From a virus (taxonomy: Duplodnaviria > Caudoviricetes), in IMG/VR virus record IMGVR_UViG_3300009161_000021: a stretch of DNA of 64,000 nucleotides. The stretch is one strand, 5' to 3'. Under the pieces are notes generated by a model. The model saw nothing but the letters and a program-made list of their open reading frames with translations. It searched no databases and was not told the DNA's origin. Positions 54,314-62,954 of this stretch are shown piece by piece. Numbering within the stretch: the stretch's first letter is position 1; each line of letters begins with the position of its first letter. A program made the translations under genes and the position numbers.

Positions 54314-54813
54314 TCCCTAATTTCGAGCGTCTCGCGCTCAAGATTCTCGTCATCAACCCAGATCGTGAGAACCTCGCACTTCGTCCAGCCCTCGAACTCC
54401 TGATAGAGGCTGTCAAGCCCCTCGAGCGCGTGAGCGTCAATGTAACTGTGGAGGTCGTCGCGTATCCCATTATAGCTCTTCCGGCGACAAATGACAATCT
54501 TACCGCCGGCTTCAGCAAACTTCTCGTCAACCTTGCGAAGGACGACGTCATCCGTCTCACGATTGAAGTGCCTCGAGTAGACCCATTCCGATGCATAGTT
54601 CCTGTCCATGATGGCGCTAGCCTTTGTCTGGCAGAGAAAATCTGCTAGAAACGTCGCTCCGTACGTCAGCAGATTCTTGAAGTAGCTTGGATCACGAAGG
54701 TCGGTGAACCACTCACCCGAGTTCTTAAAAACAGGAATCCCGAGCTGCCGAGAAAGCTCGGCTGCCATCTCCGACTTTCCGCATCGATCTGGACCCTCGA
54801 ATGTGATAAGCAT
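54298..54813 (-). CDS. dNMP kinase (thymidylate-kinase-like)
   Basis: FEGPDRCGKS P-loop, MDR...SEWVY. Confidence 0.85.
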   Translation of the reverse strand: MLITFEGPDRCGKSEMAAELSRQLGIPVFKNSGEWFTDLRDPSYFKNLLTYGATFLADFLCQTKASAIMDRNYASEWVYSRHFNRETDDVVLRKVDEKFAEAGGKIVICRRKSYNGIRDDLHSYIDAHALEGLDSLYQEFEGWTKCEVLTIWVDDENLERETLEIREWLKV

Positions 54814-54814
54814 C

Positions 54815-55870
54815 TTAACCTCGCTTTGCGTGTTGCTCGATCAAATCAATCTTATGCGACGGGCTGAAATCTACAACCTGGCGAAGCGCTTCCTCCTGAC
54901 GATTGATGATATCGGTCCGCTCAGCAACGCTCATCTTGGAGAGACGGGTCACAGCTCGAACGACGTCCTCTGGATCGTTGACGAGGAAATCGCCCAGACC
55001 GACCGGACGAGCGTGAACGTACTCGTTCGGGATGAGAGACACAACCCCCGCCTGAATCGCTTCCGTGAATCGCATCGTGATGTTACCGTAGGGTGTGTAA
55101 TCGTCGCGGGTGATGTGAGTCACAGCGATGGAGTTGTTGATGACTCCGAAGATCTCCTTGTAAGCGAGGCGGGTACCAAAAGCGACGTGAGGATTCTCCT
55201 GCAGAAGAACGCTCGGGTCCTTACGTTCCGGGCTCCTTTCGAGCCAGTTACCCCACACCTTCGTCTGAATCCCGCGAGTCCTGAGGGAGTGACTCGGGAC
55301 GGAGTAGTACTTTCGGAACTGCGGATCGCGATCGTAGTTGTTACCGACGTAAGTGTAGTTGTACGAGTACTCAACGGGCTTGAAGAGACGCCGAGCCGAA
55401 GAAGCCCATGGCATCGAGATCCTGGCTCGGGTCTGTTCACGCGGCTTGATGCAAGCATCAGCGAGTTGCGCGTTGGGCCATCGAAGCTCCTCCTCCGGAG
55501 TCATCTTCAGATCACCGTCATGGATGATGATGGGAACTCCCTTCGCGTGATAGTGATCGAGGAGCTCGCACTGACGCTTGTAATCGGGCTCAGTAGCACG
55601 CTCGCCGCCGATGGACTCGTCGTTCTTCCAGGTAGGCCAACGCCACTCGACGAAGAGAACGTCTCCCTCGGGGAATCCAGCGTCATCGTACTCGACGCCA
55701 GGGTATGGCTCATCATCACGACGCTTCTGCACCTGAACAACAGTATGTCCGTGACGATGCATCTCGTCCACGAGATCGACTCGACCACCACGATAGTGGT
55801 CAGGAGTGTTCGAAACTGTCTGCTTCTCGAATGGGGTCACGAAACCCCAGAATGAATATAGAATTCGCAT
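54815..55870 (-). CDS. T4 beta-glucosyltransferase-like DNA glycosyltransferase (GT-B)
   Basis: SIAVTHITRDDY..GNITMRFTEAIQAGVVSLI matches BGT AIAALIIGDKNY..NFITLRVWETMASDAVMLI; HDGDL at the BGT catalytic Asp region; YVGN, VWGN, LVND motifs. Confidence 0.8.
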   Translation of the reverse strand: MRILYSFWGFVTPFEKQTVSNTPDHYRGGRVDLVDEMHRHGHTVVQVQKRRDDEPYPGVEYDDAGFPEGDVLFVEWRWPTWKNDESIGGERATEPDYKRQCELLDHYHAKGVPIIIHDGDLKMTPEEELRWPNAQLADACIKPREQTRARISMPWASSARRLFKPVEYSYNYTYVGNNYDRDPQFRKYYSVPSHSLRTRGIQTKVWGNWLERSPERKDPSVLLQENPHVAFGTRLAYKEIFGVINNSIAVTHITRDDYTPYGNITMRFTEAIQAGVVSLIPNEYVHARPVGLGDFLVNDPEDVVRAVTRLSKMSVAERTDIINRQEEALRQVVDFSPSHKIDLIEQHAKRG

Positions 55871-55878
55871 CTTTTACC

Positions 55879-58800
55879 TCACATAACCTTGATTTTCTTA
55901 CCCTTTGTCGACAACCCGAAGTCAGACCGATCGACCTCGGCAACGCAGAGCGTGTATGGTTCAAAAGCAATCTTACCGTCCCAGTCCCACATGAACATCT
56001 TTTCCGTGTTTCCAGCCTCACCCATCACCTGAAGCATGAGATAGGGCTTCCCGTTCTTCGTCTTCTTCTCGACAGAGCTCACGATAACGAACCAGTAGAC
56101 ATCAAGTCTCTCCCAGTTATCGATGGAGTAAACCTCCTTGTCCTTAAATTTCTGACGAAGTTCGGTGGAGACCAGGGAGATTGGATCCATCTTGCCCGAG
56201 AGCTCGATCTGCATCAGGGCAATCTCGCGACGGGTCCACTCGGGCATGCCCTCGGTCTCGACAGTGAGCTCGCGGAACTTCTTGATGCCGCGCTGTGGAT
56301 CCTTCTTCGCCCACTTCTTGATGTCGTCAGCATTCTCGATGATGACGTGGTGCATCTGCTTCCAGGACGAGAACTGCTTTCCGCTTCCAACGATTCCCAT
56401 CGAATCGAACGCGTTTGCCTTGATGAGTGCCTCGAGAGCGCGCTTGTTGAACTTGGAGGGTCGCCACTGACCGTCCTCCTTCCAGAGCATCTCCTCGATG
56501 CTGCGGTAAGGTCGGCATGCCACGATCTCCTCGATTGCTGTCTCACCGACTCCCTTGATAGTGTTGAAGGATGGGATGAGGAGCTTACGCTCAGAGTCGA
56601 CCGACCACTGATTCGTGGAGAGGTTGATGTCGACGTTGCCGATATCGTACCCCATCTTCTTCACATCGGAGATCGCCTGGGCACGATCGTCAGGGTTACC
56701 GATCATCGACTCCATGTAGGCGCAGAGCCACTCGGATTCGAAGTACGTGAGGAGCCAGGCGCAGTAGAAGGAATCGATAGCGTAGGCCAGGGCGTGGGAG
56801 AGGTTGAACCCGTACCCCGCGAAGAAGAGGATGTCGTCCCAGAGCTTAGAGGCGACGGATTCCCTGATGCCATTGCCCACCGCGCCGTTGACGAAGTTGT
56901 CCTTCATCGCTTTCGCCTTCTTCATCGACTCCTCAGGGTTACCGCCCTGACGCTTCAGGATGTTCTTTCGAACCTTGTCGCACTCGGACTTTGGGAACCC
57001 AGCCACCACGTTGCAGAGCTGCATGAGCTGCTCCTGGAAGATGATGCATCCGAATGTCGGCTCGAGGACCTGCTTGATGAGTGGATGCTTGTAGTCGATG
57101 TCTCGCGGGTTCGCCTTCGCCTCGAGGTAGAGCTTGTCAACCTTCGCCGCGAGCGGACCAGGTCGGAAGACCGAAGTCAGGGTGGCGATGTCGATGATCG
57201 ATCGTGGCTTGGCGTTCTGGAAGAGACGCTGGGCACCCTTGCTGGTGAGCTGAAAGACACCTGGCGTTCGGGATGTTGCCTCGTGGTAGACGTTCTCATA
57301 CACCTTCTGATCATCGAAGTTGATAACGTCGGTTGCCATGTGCTCATCGAACCACTTCTTGACCTCCTGGAACGTCGGGTTCTTGATCCCATGATGACGC
57401 TGAAGAATTAGCTCGATCGTTCGATGGATCGTTCGAAGCGTTTCAAGCCCCAGCAGGTCGAACTTAACCCACCCCAGCATCTCGAGATGCTTGTAGTTCA
57501 TGCCCTCGACCCAGGGGGTCTGCTGCTCTCCCTTCGCCATGATGAGTGGCATCCGCTCGGCAATACGTTCCGAGATGATGACACCACCAGCGTGTCGCCC
57601 CAGAGCCTTGTTCTGCTTGAACAGGACCTTGATGGATTCCGAGACCTGTGGGTGGCGATCGATGAAGTTTCGGAAGCTCTCGCAGTGCTCGTAGCTGTCC
57701 TCATAGGTCAGGACGAACAGGTTCTTGTCATCCCCAACCTTCTTCGTTGCGTTCATGACCTCACGTTCGACGGTCTTCAGGGCCTCGTTAACCTCCTCGA
57801 GCGGAATGTCATAGAGACGGGAGACGTCGCGGATGAGTGTCTTCAGCTTGAAGGTGTTGTAGTTCGAGATTGGAACGATGTTCTCGCCGCCAAACTTCTC
57901 ACGTAGGATCGAGAGTAGGAGATCTCGGTTCTCGACGTCGGTGTCGATGTCGGGTAGACCCTCGCGGTCAGGGGATAGGAATCGCTCGAAGAGCAGACCG
58001 TACTTGATCGGATCAACGTCAGTGATGCCGAGGACGTAGCAGACGAGGGAGCCCGCACCGGAACCTCGACCGACGCCGACGAACATCTGCTCCTTCGCAG
58101 CGGAGATGATCTCCTTCATCGTGAGGAAGTAGGACGAGAAGTCCTTCTGCTTGATGACATCGAGCTCGTACTTCGCACGTTCGACGTACACAGGATCGGT
58201 GTGGAAACCCTTCGCGATGAGGCCCTGCTTCACGGATTCGACAAGAGCCTGGTTCGCCGTCTTACCCTCAGGGATGACGTAGCTCGGAAGCTTGACGGAG
58301 CGATCAGGTTGGACGTCACCGATCTCCTCATGGGCGAGATGCCAGGTTCTCTCGACCGCCTTGCGAATGAGCTCCTCCTCACCACGGTAGAAATCATCGG
58401 TCCCGCGGGAGATCATGAACTCATCCCACACCTGCGATGCGTTCTTCGGGTAGAGCTCACACTTCAGCTGATCCTTGCTCTTTGGGATGGAATCCGCCGA
58501 GAGGTCAGCGTAGTTGAGCCAGCCGAGCTTCTTGTAGATCTCGCGCTCCTTCCAGTGCTCAGGGCGGGCATAGTGGGAGTCGCAGGTAACAACGAGCTGG
58601 TCGGTCATGCCCTGACGCTTCGCGAACTCCATGATCGCGCGGTTGACGATGTGCTGGGCTGGGAGACGGTTGAACTGCAGCTCGAGCATCACGTTCTTGC
58701 GACCTACAGCCCAAGCAAGACCATCGAACGAGTTACCGACTCGGTTGATGACGCGCTCCATGATCGACGGATCATTGAGAAGCCGGCTGTTCAGGCTCTC

Positions 58801-59502
58801 GAAGCTGTGCTCCTGCAGCTCGCGGAAGACCTCGAAGGCGAGCGGACCACCGATGCAGGCAGTGGAGACGATGAAGTTATCGTCCTCCTGTGCCTCCTTT
58901 AGCATCGCGAGGTCGACACGTGGGAACTTGTAGAAGCCCTCCGAGTAACCACGGCTCACGAGACCGAAAAGCCGTTCGAGACCCTTGCTGTGACGCGGTA
59001 GGACAACGAGGTGATGACGACGGTTGATTGGGTTGAAGTGCTTCGTGGACTTCGTCTCGTCCTCGTTCTCGATCGTGAGGGCGGAGGCGTCGGTGTCGAT
59101 GCCGATAGTCTCATCGTTCTCGTCGGTGACAGCGACGATCGGAGTCACGATGCTCTCGGGCTTCTCCTTCGCCTTCGCGTGGCTCTTGCGGTCTCGCTTG
59201 AGCTGCTGCCACTCGTGGTACTCAGCCTGCCAGGCATTGAGATCCGGGTGGATGTACATCTCACAACCCGGGATGAACTTCAGGTCCTTCCCCGCTTTTT
59301 TCAGCTTGTCAGCGTGAAGCCACGCGTGACCGAAGCCGTTCATCTGACCGTGATCGGTCAGGCTCCAACCATCGAGACCGTTCTCGAGGCAGAAGTCAAT
59401 GTGCTCTTGTGGGTAACCAAGTCCATCAAACGTCGAAAACCCCGAGTGCGAATGAATTCCAAAGAACTTTTCTGGACGTTTAAGTTCGCTAAGGTCTGAC
59501 AT
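55879..59502 (-). CDS. dnaE: DNA polymerase III alpha subunit (family C)
   Basis: PHP HSHSGFS.FDG, TDHG; GRGSGAGS, PDIDTD, HAGG, KFDLLGL, FAGYGFN.SH; C-terminal OB; no intein seen. Confidence 0.97.
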   Translation of the reverse strand: MSDLSELKRPEKFFGIHSHSGFSTFDGLGYPQEHIDFCLENGLDGWSLTDHGQMNGFGHAWLHADKLKKAGKDLKFIPGCEMYIHPDLNAWQAEYHEWQQLKRDRKSHAKAKEKPESIVTPIVAVTDENDETIGIDTDASALTIENEDETKSTKHFNPINRRHHLVVLPRHSKGLERLFGLVSRGYSEGFYKFPRVDLAMLKEAQEDDNFIVSTACIGGPLAFEVFRELQEHSFESLNSRLLNDPSIMERVINRVGNSFDGLAWAVGRKNVMLELQFNRLPAQHIVNRAIMEFAKRQGMTDQLVVTCDSHYARPEHWKEREIYKKLGWLNYADLSADSIPKSKDQLKCELYPKNASQVWDEFMISRGTDDFYRGEEELIRKAVERTWHLAHEEIGDVQPDRSVKLPSYVIPEGKTANQALVESVKQGLIAKGFHTDPVYVERAKYELDVIKQKDFSSYFLTMKEIISAAKEQMFVGVGRGSGAGSLVCYVLGITDVDPIKYGLLFERFLSPDREGLPDIDTDVENRDLLLSILREKFGGENIVPISNYNTFKLKTLIRDVSRLYDIPLEEVNEALKTVEREVMNATKKVGDDKNLFVLTYEDSYEHCESFRNFIDRHPQVSESIKVLFKQNKALGRHAGGVIISERIAERMPLIMAKGEQQTPWVEGMNYKHLEMLGWVKFDLLGLETLRTIHRTIELILQRHHGIKNPTFQEVKKWFDEHMATDVINFDDQKVYENVYHEATSRTPGVFQLTSKGAQRLFQNAKPRSIIDIATLTSVFRPGPLAAKVDKLYLEAKANPRDIDYKHPLIKQVLEPTFGCIIFQEQLMQLCNVVAGFPKSECDKVRKNILKRQGGNPEESMKKAKAMKDNFVNGAVGNGIRESVASKLWDDILFFAGYGFNLSHALAYAIDSFYCAWLLTYFESEWLCAYMESMIGNPDDRAQAISDVKKMGYDIGNVDINLSTNQWSVDSERKLLIPSFNTIKGVGETAIEEIVACRPYRSIEEMLWKEDGQWRPSKFNKRALEALIKANAFDSMGIVGSGKQFSSWKQMHHVIIENADDIKKWAKKDPQRGIKKFRELTVETEGMPEWTRREIALMQIELSGKMDPISLVSTELRQKFKDKEVYSIDNWERLDVYWFVIVSSVEKKTKNGKPYLMLQVMGEAGNTEKMFMWDWDGKIAFEPYTLCVAEVDRSDFGLSTKGKKIKVM

Positions 59503-59519
59503 GTTATCTCCTGTGTCTA

Positions 59520-59548
59520 ATCATATTACAAGACCCGTGCGTTTGCAT
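59520..59548 (-). promoter_or_regulatory. sigma70-type promoter for the dnaE-modification operon
   Basis: ATGCAA-17nt-TATGAT; AGGAG RBS follows. Confidence 0.7.
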
Positions 59549-59552
59549 GAAT

Positions 59553-60260
59553 TCAATTTTTTTCCCAATTCGGTATTTTTTCAGCGAACTCAACACTAAT
59601 TCTCTCGTATTCATCTCGTTGGATAAGTGTTACGCCAAAGTTGTATTCTTTGATAAAGTCCTCTACTTTCTCTTTAGCGCGACCGGTCCACAGTCCTTTT
59701 ACTTCATAAAATCTTTCGTCGTCCTCGACCCAGAAATCCGGAACGTATTGAAGACCTGATTTCAGAGAAAAACGTGAAGGTTCGTATTTCCACTTTTTTC
59801 CGATATACGTCAAATACCTCGCAAAGTTTGCCTCCCACGAACTTCTGAAAGTTGTTGATAAGTCATCTCGGAATCCAAATTTTGCAAATGACATTTTCTT
59901 AATTGACTCGATGTAACTTTCTCTTTGCGTGTGATGATTGCATTTGTATTTCCGTGAGCATGTTTCTTTTGTCTTACGTTCCATCTCGCCAGAAGACCAC
60001 CGTTCTTTCATTGATCGTGATAGCTTCTCACGATGCTCGGGCGTGTTTGGGTCCCACCCACTTTCATAGCGTCTTTTCATGGACTCGCTCTTCTTAAGGC
60101 GCTGGGCTTCATTCTGAACGTATGAACCGCGCTCGCGACGCAGCTTCACCATATTCGACTTTACACAAGTCGGGCAATTTCTGGATGTTTGGCGGCGAGT
60201 TACGTCAACGAACACCTCGAAACACGTTTCGCAATTCTTTTGAACACCCTCAGTTTTCAC
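59553..60260 (-). mobile_element. putative free-standing homing endonuclease (Zn-finger + NUMOD3-like repeats + PD-(D/E)xK domain)
   Basis: GTG 60260; CETC..CPTC; KKSESMK/EKLSRSMK; FRSSWEANFA...YEP...YVPDF...EVKG; visibly more AT-rich than flanks. Confidence 0.7.
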
Positions 60261-60286
60261 TAAAGTTTCAGCTTTTCTTTGTGATC

Positions 60287-60376
60287 TTAAAGCGGCAGCT
60301 TTCCGTCGAGGTGATCCCCCGCGTCCTTCGCCGCCGCCCTTACGATCTCCAAACTTTCTTTCGATAGTGCCATCAT
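60287..60376 (-). pseudogene. 29-codon ORF, possible truncated remnant
   Basis: TAGGAG RBS, MMALSKESLEIVRAAAKDAGDHLDGKLPL* ends where the AT-rich insert begins. Confidence 0.35.
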
Positions 60377-60420
60377 CGCTCCTACCGAAATTTAAGGACG
60401 ACCGTCCTTTTTTACTGGCC

Positions 60421-60705
60421 TCAGCCGCGGCCCGGACGCTTTCCACGATGACGCAGCTTGGAACGAGACATTCTCTCAGCGTCGTCATCGGAGACTCCAG
60501 ACGCTTTCAAACGAGCGAGTCGAATCTTCTGAAAGTCGTCCTCGTTTGTTGCTCCAGGAATGTCACCGAATTCGGTGCTATATCCACCACCGAACTCTTG
60601 CTCCTCAAGCTCGTCTGATTGGACTATGAGCTTCTTCTTGTCATGATCAACGCTCTCGATTTCCTCACGGATGATACGACGGAGCTGTGACTCGGTGATC
60701 TTCAT
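60421..60705 (-). CDS. small protein with MKITESQLRRIIREEIE leader
   Basis: Canonical motif copy; ATACTTA at 60722-60728. Confidence 0.75.
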   Translation of the reverse strand: MKITESQLRRIIREEIESVDHDKKKLIVQSDELEEQEFGGGYSTEFGDIPGATNEDDFQKIRLARLKASGVSDDDAERMSRSKLRHRGKRPGRG

Positions 60706-60720
60706 TGTAACCTCTGACGG

Positions 60721-61164
60721 TTAAGTATCATCCCAGTCATCATCCTGGAGTTCGATCTTCTGCTTCTTTTCAGTTTTCTGAGCGTCCAGCTCCTCCAGCT
60801 GGGCATTAGCGAAGTTGACCATCGTTTCGATGGATCGCTTCATGCCGTTTTGAGTCGCCTCGAGGCTAATGATTTCCTCTCTCTGAGCTCTTGGTAGATC
60901 CTTCAGAGATTGAATCAATGACTTAACGACCTCATTGACGTTTTGAATCTTAGATTCAGCATCCTGATTTTGGTCCTCTAAATTTTCGTGGATCTTATCC
61001 ATGAAATTTAGGATATCGCTGGAGAAAGTCGTTACAGCAGCCAGCGCGATCTTACGATCTTCGATCATCTTTTCATTTTGCGCCAGTTGTTCATTGAAGC
61101 CATTCGCGACTTCGACAAGATACTGCGCGGCAAATCTCTTCTTCTCAGTTTCTGTAGTACTCAT
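60721..61164 (-). CDS. coiled-coil hypothetical protein
   Basis: TAAAAT 6 nt before ATG. Confidence 0.6.
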   Translation of the reverse strand: MSTTETEKKRFAAQYLVEVANGFNEQLAQNEKMIEDRKIALAAVTTFSSDILNFMDKIHENLEDQNQDAESKIQNVNEVVKSLIQSLKDLPRAQREEIISLEATQNGMKRSIETMVNFANAQLEELDAQKTEKKQKIELQDDDWDDT

Positions 61165-61205
61165 GGTGTCATTTTATCGTGACGCCCAGGAAAAGAAAAC
61201 GAAGT

Positions 61206-61427
61206 TTAGGATCCGTAAAGCGCTTTTTTCAGCGCACGAACCTGAGCGTCATAAGCGCTGAACTCTCCATTGACGAATTCAAGGGCGAGCTCACTGCAGG
61301 TTCCGTCATCCTCAAATGTGAACTCGAACTTTCCGCCCAGAAGCTTACCCGCGGATAGCAGCTTGCGCCCGCGCATCTTTAGGAATGCAGCGAGCGCAAG
61401 GTCTGATGTTCTGTAGTTCGTTGCCAT
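61206..61427 (-). CDS. DUF5659-like small protein
   Basis: YRTSDLALAAFL...FEFTF; family name recalled, not searched. Confidence 0.6.
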   Translation of the reverse strand: MATNYRTSDLALAAFLKMRGRKLLSAGKLLGGKFEFTFEDDGTCSELALEFVNGEFSAYDAQVRALKKALYGS

Positions 61428-61444
61428 AACCTAAATTATGGCGA

Positions 61445-61828
61445 TCAGTAGCCGTTCTTGAGCCTCTCGCAGATCTTGTTGTGCTTCTTGACGTAGGCTG
61501 CATGCAGCTCATCGGGAGTGACACCGACTAGCTTCAGGGTCGTAAAAAAGTACTTCATCGCGTCCACGATCTCCTCGAGGAATGCCTCCCGATCGAGATG
61601 TGGGACCTCGGTCTGCCGGTGGGACTTCGCGTTCTTCAGCTCCTGGAGAGCTTCGAACATCTCCTCGACACCCTTCAGCGTGACGTCCCTGAGAAGGATC
61701 TGTGACTCCTTCTTAGTCACATCGACGGGCCACTGGGGATAGTAACCCTGGAAACGCTCGCAGAGAAGTTGCATGAACTCCTCGCGGAGCTCAAACATCT
61801 CCTCTAGCTTGTCAGTTGACGTCGGCAT
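61445..61828 (-). CDS. all-alpha (dimeric dUTPase / T4 gp56 dCTPase-like) dNTP pyrophosphatase
   Basis: EEMFEALQE...LEEIVDAMKYF...YVKKHNKICERLKNGY; ATG 61828. Confidence 0.8.
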   Translation of the reverse strand: MPTSTDKLEEMFELREEFMQLLCERFQGYYPQWPVDVTKKESQILLRDVTLKGVEEMFEALQELKNAKSHRQTEVPHLDREAFLEEIVDAMKYFFTTLKLVGVTPDELHAAYVKKHNKICERLKNGY

Positions 61829-62051
61829 TCTGCATGCCCTCAGCCGCGAGCTCGTCAGCCTTATCCGAGAGACGCCTGACGGCATCGAGGAAAGCTTGGT
61901 TGTCATCCTCGTTGATGGTGAGCTTGTCACCATCGACCGTGAGTCGAAGAGTCCTGAGGTTGTCAATGATGTCGGTACCAGTCAGCAGAGCGAGCTGGAG
62001 GAGGTCAACGACACGGACGATAGCATGATCTGAAAGAGTGTATGTGCTCAT
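61812..62051 (-). CDS. conserved phage hypothetical protein
   Basis: LSD..I..VV.LLQLALLTGTDIIDNLRTL. Confidence 0.65.
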   Translation of the reverse strand: MSTYTLSDHAIVRVVDLLQLALLTGTDIIDNLRTLRLTVDGDKLTINEDDNQAFLDAVRRLSDKADELAAEGMQNADVN

Positions 62052-62103
62052 ATGTTCTTACTCCGTTGAGATTATAGTTCAGCGCCTGAGAAGTTTATAG
62101 GAA

Positions 62104-62913
62104 TCAGCTCTGTCGAGCTGGGACCCACCAAGTGGTTCTTCCGTCGAGGGTCTCCTCCTTTATGATCTCCTCTCCGTCTTCGTCAGTCTTTCTTCCGTAG
62201 CAGAGAAGTTCATTTCCGTAACCACCCGACTCATCATCAAACCCCTTATATGATTTGATTGTTGCCCCCTGAGACTCGTATGAGGCTCTGAGCACTCTCT
62301 TAACGCTTTCGTTGAGCGCCTCGAACTCCTCCAGACTCAGTGAGTCGACCTTGCGATGGGGAGAGAGCCGGGCGAGCCAGAGGGAATCAGCCTTCACGTA
62401 GTTACCGACCCCAGCGACCACACCTTGATCCATGAGCGCCTGGGCGAGTGTCCACTTCGGTTTCCTCAGCATCGCAGTCTGGAATCGCTCGTGGCTCACG
62501 TCCTCAGCCAGCATATCAGGTCCGAGAGTCTTCAACTTCGCAGCCAGCGTCCGCCGGCCCTGGGACCACTTCAGAGTCCCGAAGTTCCGGGTGTCATTGT
62601 AGTATACGTCCGTCCCATCATCGAGGCTCAGACGCACTCTGGCGTGGCGCGATGCACTTCTGGACCAGTGACCTGTCATGCCCAGCGTCGACCAGATCGA
62701 TGAGTCACCGCCGTCGAGCAGGATGTAGATGAACTTGCCGTGGCATCCAGCTCCGACGACCCGTTTGGGCAGTTCGGAGACAAGATCGGCATGACCCTCG
62801 AAAGGCTTCCTGGCGTAACGACCCGACAGGATCTGGACACCGGTGATCGTTCGATCGGTGAGAGCTCGAGCGAGCCCTTCGGCAGCTAACTTGCACTCTG
62901 CACCCTCTGGAAT
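62104..62913 (-). CDS. Fpg/Nei DNA glycosylase with ATT start and zincless finger
   Basis: AGGAGG RBS then ATT-CCA-GAG (xPEG); HGKFIY, LGMTG, H2TH GVGNYVKADSLWLARLSP; C-terminus lacks the Cys ligands. Confidence 0.88.
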   Translation of the reverse strand: MPEGAECKLAAEGLARALTDRTITGVQILSGRYARKPFEGHADLVSELPKRVVGAGCHGKFIYILLDGGDSSIWSTLGMTGHWSRSASRHARVRLSLDDGTDVYYNDTRNFGTLKWSQGRRTLAAKLKTLGPDMLAEDVSHERFQTAMLRKPKWTLAQALMDQGVVAGVGNYVKADSLWLARLSPHRKVDSLSLEEFEALNESVKRVLRASYESQGATIKSYKGFDDESGGYGNELLCYGRKTDEDGEEIIKEETLDGRTTWWVPARQS

Positions 62914-62954
62914 TTCGCACCTCCTAATTCATATTGTATAGGAAGTTCCCGATT

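Larger units (their letters stand above)
709..61438. promoter_or_regulatory. dispersed putative late-promoter motif ATAYTTA
   Basis: At 709, 22144, 24533, 26352, 31387, 35911, 41267, 45850, 50050, 60722 (minus genes) and 19667, 28603 (plus genes), mostly 2-26 nt before start codons; variants at 27998, 30657, 43606, 61432. Confidence 0.6.

Noticed and set aside
55705-59499. Long plus-strand ORFs opposite dnaE (e.g. 55705-57411, 568 aa), and similar ones at 13524-14411, 15130-16221, 36225-36962 and 54704-55855
   Set aside because: Antisense shadows of strongly GC3-biased genes; no RBS, promoter or recognisable motifs.
55879-59502. Intein or intron in dnaE
   Set aside because: Length is near canonical, with no intein C/S...HN boundaries or frame breaks seen.
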